This document shows positions 10,826-23,410 of a DNA stretch of 64,000 bases, in pieces. The notes under the pieces are model-generated. The model saw only the letters and a list, made by a program, of their open reading frames with translations. It ran no database searches and was not told the DNA's origin. Source of the stretch: Macrostomum lignano (Eukaryota); contig NIVC01003754.1 in NCBI GenBank assembly GCA_002269645.1, positions 14,804-78,803 of the forward strand, written 5' to 3'. Every line of letters begins with the position of its first letter. Within the stretch, counting starts at the first letter, position 1. A program made the position numbers and the translations under genes.

Positions 10826-13109
10826 TAAGTGTGGCATTTTCTGAAAAAATGGGCTGATAGGCCTAGTGATAGTGATAAGATAGGGCCTACCAACAAGTTA
10901 AAAGACAGGAAAATCTTTGATTAGGCCTATAGGCCTATATAATTAAATAACTAATAAGTATTTTACTTAAGTTATTAACTATCTGTAAAATAATGCGATA
11001 TACATAAATGATTAAAAATCTATGAAACAGTCAATCCGGGTGCGACCACATGTACATCATGTATTTGCAATTTATCTGGACTGCATTCATAATTCTAAAT
11101 TCATAATTCAAAATAATTCTATTGCATTCATGCAGTTAACGGCGCATACGATATAGGATATAGCAAAAACCTTATAGATAGAGTCGAACCTTACAACTAG
11201 TATTACATGTATCACTCAGATTCTGGTCCGTTGAGGAGGTCTGTTGCGGTCCCGTTGCGGTCCCTTTGCGGTCCATTGCGGTGTTTACACGGACCCGTAA
11301 TTGGGCCTTTTCATAGGGTGCGTTCGAGTGGCTTAAAATAAGTTAAAATGACTTAAAATGAGTTGGGTCTGTATAAAACCAGGGCACCATTGGCACATTG
11401 GACACCCCTTATATTAACAAAAATCGAGTTTTGATCATTGTTTTGCTTGTATAAATAAACTTTGTCTTCGGATGAAAATGTAAACATTTATTTATAATTG
11501 CACTTTTTCATATACTTTTAACAACCATGAGATTGGTAGTATCAACAAGTTTTATTCTACATTTAAATTCATTTCTTATCTTGCTTTATTGTCGAACTAC
11601 TTTTGGTACGTCATTTTCATTTACCTAGGTGGTGCACTTACAGAAAACATAGAAACATTAAATGCCGTTTCTTGTCCGCATTAAACGTTGGAAAAAGTGA
11701 GCAGCAGACTAGTTGCAGAATTTTATAGCCGGACATGGCATATTTGACTATTTGCAGCTGCTCTTGCTTGTTTACTGCCTTTCCATAAATCAACAGCAAT
11801 GGTGAATGTGAATGTAATCCTTCTCTCTCTCTCTCCCATAATGTTAATGTTTGATTTGTTGTTAATATGGACTTTTAAAATCCCCCGTGTCTTAAATAAA
11901 AAACGAATAATTTTTTAAGTTATGATTTCCATCAAAGTGCAATTAATTAATGTTTTAAAAACATTTAAACTCAATAAATTATTTATTCTCTTATCAAATA
12001 GAATCCAACTCTAGAATCTTTTTCAAGGAAGGAATACTAACTATCCTTAATATTCAATACGCATGATAATAAAGCAGTGCATTACTTTATCAATTTAGAG
12101 AATCTAACAAGGAAATAAATACAATTTAGTACAGTACCATTGTAAGCAAAAAACCATAAATTTACAGGTACAATTTTTTGTAAAGATAGATACAGCTGAA
12201 AAATTAAAATTTGACAAAAGAATACCAAAAACACTAAAAATGGGGAGAAAAAGTATAACAAACATTGGCATTAATAAAAAAGTAATAAATATTGCACCTG
12301 AGCAATGAGCAAATGAAATTAGCAATTAAACAATGCAATGAATTAAATGATAAATAACAAAGAAATGCTAAATAACATCTAGCAATGTATATTAAAGCAA
12401 TTGAAGTGCACTCTGAGTTGAAAGGCTTACAACTCATAAAGTACAGTTTAAATGCAATGTAATTTTTTATTCATTTGTAACTTTATAACAATAAAAATCA
12501 TTACCATAAGCAATTGTATGAAAAGTTGCTATTAATAGTCTTATGTACTTTATCTCTACTCTAAGAGCTAACTTTCTATAAATATATATGATTCCTTGTA
12601 TAAAACTAGGGATTCTTTTAAAAATTCATGCTGCAATATGCATATATCACACTCTTGACCCAAGAAAATTATTGAAAGTGGTCAACCAATTAGCACAAAG
12701 AAATTATAGACAGGGCTGTAATGGTGCGAGTGGTGTTTCGACACATCAAGTGAACTTTGTCACTCAAAAAAAATTGCACAGGTTTGTATTGTTATACATG
12801 GGAAAGGGGGTCATTAGGCTAGAAATTGACTGCTACAACTCCCCCTGCTTCATGAAGGTTATGGCCTTCTTGGGTCTGTTGTTGTATTAGCCTACTAACA
12901 GGCTACAAGAAAAAGCATCCTCTAATAACTATATGAGCAACTTCTCCTAGTTCTTAGTGTCCCTGGCTGTTGGCTTAAAATAAAAAATGGACGCGCAAAC
13001 TGTGGTGACTTCAATTAAAAAATTCTAGCTCTGTGCAGATTTAGCACAAAGTTAAAACTCTGCATGTAAGCTTTGAATGTTATTCTTCAATGTTGCTTGA
13101 GCTGCACAA

Positions 13110-13319
13110 CTAAGGTTCCCTGGATTCACTAGATGCATACATCACAATGACAGAGTCTCGCGACAGAGAATCCAAGGGAATCCCCACTGGGATGAAGCAA
13201 ACATGGAAGTCGTCTACTTCGTACACAGTACCGTTTGATGCGAATGTGTAGCAGATGTAGTGCCCCTTGTTGGCCACTTCACTGCGATGCACAACGACAG
13301 CTTTTAATCTAATCAGCTG
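13110..13319 (-). pseudogene. Fragment of a USP/UCH (peptidase C19) catalytic C-terminus (His box)
   Basis: QLIRLKAVVVHRSEVANKGHYICYTFASNGTVYEVDDFHV...SRDSVIVMY fits the USP pattern L-x-A-V-V-V-H...GHY...DD-x-x-V...(A/V)-Y/I-L/V-x-Y. No Cys box found in the window. Confidence 0.65.
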
Positions 13320-13485
13320 CTTTTTTCAGTAACTAGTAGCAATTTAGCTTTTTAAACTTACGGGAGCCAAATCGTTGCCAAGATTTTCAGGTCCTGGTGC
13401 TGCCGCTTCAAATGATGTCATTTGGCTGAAGAATTTAAAGTTTTTTTACGTTTTTGAAGTTTTTGTCTCATTTATTTCTTCATTA

Positions 13486-13645
13486 TCTCTACCTATAAAA
13501 ATCAAAACTCTATGTGTCTGTCTGTGTGTGTACAATTTTGATTGCTATGGACTCCCAAACCACTCAACCAAATGACACCAAATTTTGCACCTACCCTAAA
13601 CTCACTATGGAGAATGTCTTAGGCTACCTTTAAATTTCCTAAAAG
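13486..13645 (+). mobile_element. 5' fragment of Helitron-like repeat (family of 19343)
   Basis: A|TCTCTACCTATAAAAATCAAAACTCT plus a (TG)n-like microsatellite. Aligns to 19343-19500. Confidence 0.65.
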
Positions 13646-15216
13646 TTTTATAAAAAAATTCTACTTTCCTGTGGAGAAAACCTTGCAAGACAGCGAAGAA
13701 AATGTGGCAGATGGAGATTGGCATTAGGAGGGAAGAATTTTAATCAGATGTTTTCCATCTATAGATAATAAAATGTAGTATTTTTCAAAATCTTACCAAA
13801 AGTGGACATACCCACTATATGGATCTAGCTCTTTGCAACAATGTATGAGTTCATACTAATATTCATATATTTCTATACATGTAGATTGTGAACTCTTGAT
13901 TTCTTTTAAGACTATGCTGCCTCTAGAATGGAAACTAATAGAACTAGAATAGATACCTTTGTATTAAATAATTCTCAACTTGGGCAAACAGATTATATAA
14001 AAATGAAAAGCAATGCACAATTTAAATTTTTGGAGCAGTTACACTAAAGAAAATTATTATTTTATAAAATTAAGAGAGGCTAATAAAATTAGTAGGGCTT
14101 GAATTGAATAATATGCTGTGAAGACTCAAACTTGTAAGCCAAGAAGGCTAGAATTAGGGTTAGCAATTAGGCAATTAGGCAAACTATAGACATTAAGGAA
14201 TGTGTAGGTATTAAATAAATAAATCATGTAGGTGCTGATAGTAGCTTAAAACCTATCACTTGGTCCCTTAGAATGCCATAATTTTGGACATTAGAATTAA
14301 AAAATAGTGTTTTACTGATTGGGCACTTGTTCTTATTGGAAAATTTCTCATAAATATAGAAATATTAATATAAACAATACTAATAAATTTGCCTATTAAA
14401 ACTTTGTGGCATTTACAAGTAGGATTTTAGAATAATGAAGTATACCCTGCAACATACGTGCAGAATATTTATGTGCTAAAGGATTTAGGTCTGAAATAAA
14501 TAATGACAATAAATGTTATGTGAAGATGGTTTATATGTTGTTTATTCAAAGCATCACATATAACTTTTCAGTAAAAAGACTTCCTGGTCTGTAAGGTAGA
14601 TTTTTTACTTATATGCTTGCATTTTTTACCTCATAATTTAAATGAGTAGGACAATTTCTTAAATATCATGACTTGGCAAATTATTCATAATATTAAAGGT
14701 TTTCTTAAAATAAAAAGGATTGTATATAAAGAAGAGACTGTAATTTGAACTCTCACTGAGTAGCTATTCCTTTTTTGTTGGTTGAAATCATACAAAAAGT
14801 AATTGAACTAATAAAAGAATAAGCTTGGAAATTATTTATTTAATCATCATCTTACAAAGTAAAAAAAAACTTTTTGGGTGCAATTTTTTCATCAAATAAT
14901 CTGCCAATGTATTAACTTTTTTAATATAGAAATACTTGCAATTTGGAATATCCAAAGTTCGTTCTTCATGAAGTAATCCTAACAGAATAAGTTGTGGTTT
15001 TTTTATAAGAGCAGAATGCTTCATTTTATGGAAAATTGAGTTCTGACTATTAGTTTGATCATTTTTGCGCATATTTAGCATTAAATCGGTACGCCTGTAG
15101 TACAGAACCTTCGGGGTAGTAAAATCACAGTGTAATAGCATTGCAAGCTGCAGTTTTTGCATGTGCGATTATTTTAAAAAATCGAATGCCAAATTAAACA
15201 TGTACAAAAAATGATA

Positions 15217-16913
15217 GGGTGCGTTCGAGTGACTTAAAATGACTTAAACTGCCATTTTAACGTCCTTAGTAAAACAAATGTTAAGCAGACTAAATGTAAA
15301 AATAATCTAGGTAAATGATAGTCAAATTACAATTAAGAATTAATTCAATTTCTAAAACCGGTCTAAGAATAAAAAACGTCACCTATACTTCTTCCAACTC
15401 AACCTGAACGCCTAGGCACCGTTTTAACTTCGCTCGCAATTACCACATTTATCGTAATTGAATATTTTGTATTCTTCACCTTTGTTCTATCATTTGCTTT
15501 CACGTCTTTTTGCTCAGTTCGCTGCCCGTCATAATAGTCTTTGAATAATTGCTTAGTACTAATATTGTTTATTTATTAATTGTTATTACGTAGTAGTTTA
15601 TTTGGACTTGGAATATAGTCACTATTTCAGCTTGGTTCTTAACCAAAGTGAATAATTCCTTGGTATTACAATAGCTACGGAATAAATAGAAAGACAAAAC
15701 TATAACATGAAGTTCACTCAGATACTATATTGAAGAATAAGAACCAAGCTGAAAAAGTACAAAACTCCAATAGAAAAATAATAACAGTAGCAACAATAAT
15801 AGTGACTATATTCCAAGTCCAAATAAACTACTATGTAATAACAATTAATAAATAAACAATATTAGTACTAAGCAATTATTCAAAGACTATAATGACGGGC
15901 AGCGAACTGAGCAAAAGGACGTGAAAGCAAATGATAGAACAAAGGTGAAGAATACAAAATATTCAATTACGATTAAAGTGGTAACAAGGACGACTTAAGT
16001 AGAAGGACGGGAAACCTCGTTTCTTAGAAAATTTTTGAAGGCACTCTTTCCCGAAAAAATACACTGCGGAGATAGGAAATTTTCATTTTTTCAGCACAAA
16101 AATTGCTATAACTTTTGATAGGAGGCAGATCCAGTGTTGATCTTTTGATATGTTGTGCCTTTTTTATTGCTCTATCGATATTTATAAAGCTTTTCGTTCA
16201 GAAAATTAGGATTCCATGTTAATTTTTTATTCTACGTATATTTCCTGTATCTAAAAATCACAAAAATGCATGACACAGCTCTAATATTTGGTTTTATGAA
16301 TCTATTTTATCATCTATGTTACGACTATTTGCTATACAGTCAGGTAAGAAGGATAAAATAGACTCATAAAATCAAAGAGCCAAGCCGTGGCATTCTAATG
16401 TATTTCAAGCACAAGACACATGAAAATATACGTAGAATAAAAAATTAACATAGAATCCTAATTTTCTGAACGGAAAGCTTTATAAATATCGATAGAGCAA
16501 TAAAAAAGGCACAACATATCAAAAGATCAACACTGGATCTGCCTCCTATCAAAAGTTATAGCAATTTTTGTGCTGAAAAAATGAAAATTTCCTATCTCCG
16601 CAGTGTATTTTTTCGGGAAAGAGTGCCTTCAAAAATTTTCTAAGAAACGAGGTTTCCCGTCCTTCTACTTAAGTCGTCCTTGTGTGGTAATTGCGAGCGA
16701 AGTTAAAACGGTGCCTAGGCGTTCAGGTTGAGTTGGAAGAAGTATAGGTGACGTTTTTTAATCTTAGACCGGTTTTAGAAATTGAATTAATTCTTAATTG
16801 TAATTTGACTATCATTTACCTAGATTATTTTTACATTTAGTCTGCTTAACATTTGTTTTACTAAGGACGTTAAAATGGCAGTTTAAGTCATTTTAAGTCA
16901 CTCGAACGCACCC
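15217..16913. mobile_element. Foldback element 'C', same terminal family as B
   Basis: TIR GGGTGCGTTCGAGTGACTTAAAATG..., arms ~410 bp (15217-15626 vs 15797-15984 plus 16691-16913). 3-bp TSD ATA (15214-15216, 16914-16916). Confidence 0.85.
15985..16682. mobile_element. MITE 'D' with ~260-bp TIRs (hAT- or P-like)
   Basis: Termini CAAGGACGACTTAAG / CTTAAGTCGTCCTTG. 8-bp TSD AGTGGTAA / TGTGGTAA (7/8). Empty site TTACCACA in the left arm of C (15440-15447). Confidence 0.85.
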
Positions 16914-17422
16914 ATAATACAAAGAATATTTAACAAATCATCTATCACGAAAGCAAGGATGTCATTTCTATTATAATCATTTAAAAAAAATTTTCAAGTA
17001 ACTCCGCAAGTTTATTCTGCATTTTCATATCTGTATAATTTTGTTATAAAAAGGGGTGTCCAATGTGTCCAATGTGCCAGTGCCAGCTTTTATACAGACC
17101 CAAATGAGTTTAAGCGCCATTTTAACGTCCTCAGTAAAACAAAACAAATGACAAGATTTCATTTTAAAAAACCGGTAAGTATTCATACACAATGTTTTAA
17201 GGGTTGTAAAAACCTAGTTTAAAATTTTAAATGGGTAGATAGTCAGTCTAAACCTGTTTTCTACATTTTGAGACGGTAATTTATAACAAATCGTTAAGTG
17301 AGAAATACTTGTCAATGCTGTTTCAGTAAATTGCTTTCTACTAGTGTTATTCTTTTAGTGTGAATATTTATTATAACAGTAGTAAATATCATTTTAAATT
17401 ACTTTACTGATAGGTATAATTA

Positions 17423-17685
17423 GGGGCCTTTTCATATTGCTTGTTCTGGTTCTAGAACCAGAACCAATTTGTGAAGTATAACTTTTAGTCTCCATAACTA
17501 GAGGGAGATACGTGCTATAAAGTTTTTATTATTAAATGACAATCACCAAGAAGAAAGTGAAAAATTGTGCTAAGTGAGGTTGTTAAGGCAGTCAAATATT
17601 AAACAGTGTTTAATAGTTATACTGCTGTTTTTCTTGGAATTCCGAACCGATTCTGGTTCTGGAATTGGTAATATGAAAAGGCCCC
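17423..17685. mobile_element. Intact copy of MITE A
   Basis: 16-bp TIR GGGGCCTTTTCATATT at both ends. TSD not recognisable. Confidence 0.8.
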
Positions 17686-20312
17686 AAGTCTAGCTGGCAG
17701 TGCATTCTTCGAGCACGCGTGGTGCCCGAAAGAATAGCGATTAAATTATATCCGCGCTTTCTAGTTTCTAATTATAAGTATCCACTGATTTAATAATGTA
17801 TAAATTGGAAGCAGCTTTACATGTAATTATGTATAGTAGCTGGCATGGTAAAGCTGTCTTATATCGCTTCTTTTGACTTATGCCAGATATGTTTACACAA
17901 GGCAGCAACTGAATATTTTCAGTAAAAGGCAAAATACGAGTTGCGAGTCTATGTGATAAATAAATATACCTGGCTTTTGCATCAACTTCTAGTCCCCATG
18001 CATGAATCTACTCTTTTGTTCTGTTGATGGTTCTCTGAATTATTTACTAATGATGATAATGTGCCTTATTATTCCATATTCCTTTGTTTTTTAAATCATT
18101 ATTAACCCTCCTCTCAACCCAAACAGCCAAACTGTCATTCTTAATTTTTACTGCTTTTAATTTCTACTTTTACTTATTAACTCGTAAATATAATCGATAC
18201 TATGTACACACTGCTAAAATTAGTAGTGTAAAAATCCACCAAAAATTAATTTCTAAGTCCATTTTAATCAAATACACATTGTAGAAGATTATTTACATGA
18301 CTTTTTCTTACTGTGATTGCAAGATGTGCTGAAAGGATGCTTTTTATTTTCATTTTTTCTTATATAATCGCCTGGGCCTAGCTGGCTTCCTACAGCTAGA
18401 GTTGTAACTTTACTGGGTATGGGGGCACACCAAAGTACTTTTGACGTTTGTACTTTATTTTTCAACTCAATAGCTAAGCAGATGGAGGCGTGAAGAGTGT
18501 TAAATTTTTTTAGCTGGAGAATGGCAAGGTGTATAGTGATAAAATACAGAATGAAAACGTGTCTTCCAGTTTATTCCAGTAGTCGAGTTTCATTTACTTG
18601 TACCATATAAGAAAGCATCAATTAGCGAGTAGAGACCCAAGCATCTGATCTATACTTATATTTGCAATCAATGATCGTGTAGGTTGAGAAAAAATTAACT
18701 GCTGTGTTTTAATGTCCACGTGGACTTCATCACACCTATCGATAAAGTAATTTAAACTGATATTTACTATTGTTATAATGAATATTCACACTAAAAGAAT
18801 AACACTAGTAGAAAGCAATTTACTGAAGCAGCATTGACAAATATTTCTCACTTAACGATTTGTTATAAATTACCGTCTCAAAATGTAGAAAACAGGTTTA
18901 GACTGACTATCTACCCATTTAAAATTTTAAACTAGGTTTTTATAACTCTTAAAACATTGTGTATGAATACTTACCGGTTTTTTAAAATGAAATCTTGTCA
19001 TTTGTTTTGTTTTACTGAGGACGTTAAAATGGCGCTTAAACTCATTTTAAGTCATTTTAACTTTTTTTAAGCCACTCGAACGCACCCATATTACCAATTC
19101 CAGAACCAGAATCGGTTTGGAATTCCAAGAAAAACAGCAGTATAACTATTTAACTCTGTTAATATTTGACTGCCTTAACAACCTCACTTAGCACAATTTT
19201 TAACATTCTTTTTGGCGATTGTCATTCAATAATAAAAACTTTATAGCACGTATCTCCCTTTAGTTATGGAGACAAAAAGTTATACTTCACAAATTGGTTC
19301 TAGTTCTGGAACCAGAACAAGCAATATGAAAAGGCCCATTGATCTCTACATATAAAAATCAAAACTCTGTCTGTGTGTGTGTCTGTGTACAAATTTGATC
19401 GCTATGGACTCCCAAACCGCTCAAACAAATGACACCAAACTTTACACCCACCCTAAACTTACTACGGAGAATGTCTTAGGCTACCTTTTAATTTCCTAAA
19501 TTTGAGTCTTCCTACCTAAAAGTACAAAAAACTGCTCAAAATGCGCGATTTTTTCACTAAATCCTCCATAGCGCCGCTCCACTTCTACCGATTCTCTTTA
19601 AATTTGACACAGATAATCTTTAACTATTTTGGCACAATCATGTAAAATTTCGAGTCTCAAAGTTAATCCTGAGCGGTGCTGTGCACTTTTAAAGTTAGGC
19701 TGTTTTTTTCAGCGTAGCAACCACCCCAACCTCCGCCCGCCTGCCTCTCTTTCCCGATACCGATCTGAGCCCAGATGTGTAAATTGGTTTCAAAATTGAC
19801 TAGCTTTCAGCTGCCATAAGTTTGCTCCACGTAAAGCGATTGACTTTAAACTTGACACAATTCTTCATTGACTCATTCTCTACCCAGTAAAAAAGGGTAG
19901 TCGGAATCCGATCGGAATGTCCGGTCGGAATTTGTCAGCAAAGTGGCTCGTGCAATCCGATCGTTTTCTGGTCGGAGTTTTCCGATCGGAATTTGACGCT
20001 AAAATCCGACTAAAATACGATTGTTGTATTTTTGAGAATTTTTTCCATAATTATAACCCTTTTTGGAATCTTGATCCGTCTAGCTTGTAAAACTGTTACA
20101 AATTTAATGCAAGTTCTCAATGAAACGGACTTTATCGGCTTGAGTAGTTCAAAATCAGAACTGCAAAACAAAATATATATGAAAAACGTGCACATGTATT
20201 TTGGTATAGGCCGCATCACGTCTGAAGCATATAAAATGGAAATTAGAAAATCTAGCTACGAGCTAGACTTTTGCGGTGAGCCAACCGGCTGCATAATCGA
20301 TTACTGCACATA

Positions 20313-23092
20313 TCACCCGGAGTCATCGGAGGATACATCAGAGGAGGCGGCAGAGGCGCCACCTCGGCTATTCCGTTGTCGTGGTCGCTTCCCCACACTG
20401 GCACTCTCCACGACTGTTGGTCCGGACCTCTTGCGCTTTCGGACGCCGTCAAAGAAGCTCTGGATGGCTTTGTTGATAGAATCCAGAGAGAACTTGGAGG
20501 ATAGGGCCCCTGCAAAGAGTAATTAAGAGTTAATGGCATGATCAGCAGACAAGTTGAACACCCGCAATGTCATTAGAAAAATAAGGAAGTAAAAAATAAA
20601 GACAAATAATCGTGTACACCATATTTTAGATAGTCTGACAAGGTAAGAGAAAAACCTAATTTACGTTCTTTAGAAATTGGTAATTGGAGTACACTATAAA
20701 GGATAAAAAACAAATAACACATACCCTTGAAGATCTCGCCAAAGTACTGATCAAAAGATAGTTTGACGTTCTCCTTGTCAGCCCTTCTAGAATCCTTTCC
20801 CCCAGTCCTATTGAACCGGACCTGGAGATCCCGCGCGATAAGCTCATCCATCGCGTAGCGAACAGATTGCTGCACCTTTGCAGTAACGCACCGCGTCTGA
20901 ATCTGCGTTGTCTGGAACAGAAGCACAAGCCATTGATGAGATAATCAACGTGCATGCACTTAAATTTCGACAGAATAAACTTTCAGAAAATTAAAACGTC
21001 TATCGACAACAGCCCAAAGTTAATAGCGGGAGATTTTTATAGCTCCCTAATATTTCTGGAACCACTTGCGCAACCAAAACTAAACTGGGTCAGCGGAGCT
21101 TACAAGCCATGCAATCGATACTCAGGTCTGTATTTAACTTACTAGAGCCTTTTTCAGATCCTCGTTGGCGCCGATGCAGCTCTTAAACTGTTCCAAATCT
21201 TGAATCGTTCGAATTGGAAGGTTGACCGGCAGCAGATTAGCTGCGGGTGTGCTCAGAACTGCGTTCGTCCCGCGCTGCAGTGCATCCCTGATCTTCAGCG
21301 TCTCCCTCAAATTCAGCAGTTGAAGACAATACAGACCTAAACGGGGAAATTAAGAAAACAATAAGCCATAGAAAAATAACAGAAATATAAAAAGCATAGC
21401 TAGCTATTTTTTTCTTAGAAAGAATGGATATACAACAGGAACATATCGATTACCTTCAAGCGATCCCCAAGAGTAGCCTCTAGACTCAACCTGCCTCTTG
21501 ACGAACGCCTCCAGCTGAGGCATAGCTGAAAACGCTCCCTGCGAAAAAATTTTTATGGATTGTCGGCAAATATTTTTACAAACTTGCATTTTTATATACT
21601 ATAAAGCCTATACCGGAAAATTTTCTGTTTTCCCATACAAGTTTCAACGCTGACTTGCCAATATTTTAGGAGTTATCGAACACAGACAAAATAAAACAAC
21701 ACGTCAGTTTTAGTAAATTTAGATAAAGTAAATAAAAACACTTATGTATCTTTTTTCCTGCTAACTGTCCCTCTCATGCACTCTACATACACTTTCTAGC
21801 TTTCGATCTCCCTGCTCCTAATGGTCTTCCTCTCCACACTCCGCATTTTCATTTTATCTTCTCTCTTCCCTGTATTTTTATCTCCCCTCTTGCAATTCGT
21901 ATTCAATTTTTATTTCTTTAAAGCGGTTCTGCAACAAATTGTGAATATATTAATTCTTTTCTCGTTGTAAAATCTCAATTCCAAATATTTTACTAACCAC
22001 TGGTGGAGGTCGCGGGCCATCTCCATGCGGGGTTGTAAGAATAGCACTATAATTGATGGCATCATCAACGCCGTTCTGGGTGGTGGCTGGAGCGGTGCCA
22101 ACTGCTTGAAGCTGGCAATGCGGTGTCTCTGGCGTTGAATCGGCGATCTGTCTCTGGTTGGATAAAGCCCGTTGGTTTTGGACGGTGCTCGCCGAGCTCT
22201 ACAATAGAACAGTAGAATAGACAGGGACTCGTGCACAAGCTTGAGACAGACAGTGTTATAACGACAAAAACAAACTGAAACTGTAAAATTCTGTAAAAGA
22301 AGGAAACGAGACTTCAGGAATAGTTTTTATTGGCAACCAATGACATTTTCTATAGCAGCTTAAACAGCATTCAACTTAAACTTCTATATTATGGTTTATT
22401 ACTAGAATACATGATACCAAAGAAAATGCGTGTTCGTTAAAGTCATAAAAAGTTACCTTAGCAACAGTCGTGGTGTCGCAGGCACGTAATGAAAATGGCA
22501 GCACCGGGAGCTGGACGTCTTGCGAAGGCGCAGCCGCAGGAGAGCTGACTTGGAGGCTTTTATCTGCATCCGTTTCGTGTCTTCGAGGGCGGGTATCCTA
22601 GAGTAAAAAGTACAGTGATATTTTTCACGTTACTAGACTTTGCTGGTAATGGTTTGTTAGTAATTGTTCAGGAAAATTAAGTTGTTACTCGATTATGACG
22701 AAAATTTCTACTTCATATCTTACGCTCTCATCCTCCGTTGCTTCATCGGCTGTCCAAAGGTTGCCCAAAGGTGGAAGAGACTGCCGACCAGCTGTCCGCA
22801 CACGATTGGGTAGCACGTGCATCAGAAGCTCCCTGTGACGATATTTCTTCTCCCGAATGACAGTGCGAAGCATCTTAATGCAGTCTGCAGTGTCGCACTC
22901 ATGTGGAACAATCTGCAGAACCACTGCATCTTCAAGACGCTCACAGTGGGCCACCTGGATATGAACTTCAGCTGATGATGGTAGCTGTGCCCACTGCTCC
23001 ACTGTCCAAGAGGCATAGTCACCCATAATACATTGTTCCTCACAGGCTTCAATGACTTGCTTGTTGCTAAGAAGATAAATTATGTACTTCAT
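20313..23092 (-). CDS. Second CACTA gene (TnpA-like, DUF4806-like C-terminus), 7 exons, 457 aa
   Basis: Exons 23092-22724, 22597-22457, 22198-21998, 21538-21454, 21336-21143, 20911-20725, 20509-20313. All introns are GT-AG with matching phases (0,0,0,1,0,1). Total 1374 nt open to TGA. C-terminus LPIRTIQDLEQF...VRYAMDELIARDLQVRFNRTGG...INKAIQSFFDGVRKR resembles DUF4806 (recognised by eye). Confidence 0.8.
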
Positions 23093-23410
23093 TTTTTGTG
23101 AGCATGAGCAAAATATTTTAGTTAAGCTCAGGTTAATGAGGATACCTACCTATATTATAACTATATTATATAGGATATAGATTTAATATAAATCTAAAAA
23201 AATATTATTCTAAGCACTTTGGCCAACTGATTACTTGTCAAAATATTCCCTAAACTTATTGTACATTTACTTATGAAATATAAGTAAGGTATTAAATAGT
23301 TAAGCCTAAAAGTTTTTTCAGGCAAATATTTTCACTATATGCTACCATACAGAAAAGTGCCGGCTTCATTGCTTATTATTTTTTGCTAGCATGCCCCAGA
23401 GAAGACTACA

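Larger units (their letters stand above)
11365..17101. mobile_element. Non-autonomous Mutator-like element 'E', 5.7 kb
   Basis: ~60-bp imperfect TIRs starting GGGTCTGTATAAAA. Perfect 9-bp TSD AAATGAGTT (11356-11364, 17102-17110). Single-copy site in the opposite arm of B (19039-19047). A 9-bp TSD is characteristic of MULEs. Confidence 0.8.
11316..19087. mobile_element. Long-TIR (foldback-like) element 'B', ~2 kb without nested inserts
   Basis: TIR GGGTGCGTTCGAGTGGCTTAAAA..., arms ~350 bp (11316-11364 plus 17111-17416 vs ~18734-19087). 3-bp TSD ATA (11313-11315, 19088-19090). Empty site visible in the MITE copy at 17667-17684. Confidence 0.85.
11303..19337. mobile_element. ~260-bp Tourist/Harbinger-like MITE 'A', split by a 7.8-kb insertion
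   Basis: Termini GGGCCTTTTCATA / AATATGAAAAGGCCC with 3-bp TSD ATT (11300-11302, 19338-19340). Joining 11303-11315 to 19091-19337 reproduces the intact copy at 17423-17685 in opposite orientation. Confidence 0.85.

Noticed and set aside
14836-15162. 108-aa ORF as the transposase of element E
   Set aside because: No DDE, MULE or zinc-finger motifs recognised.
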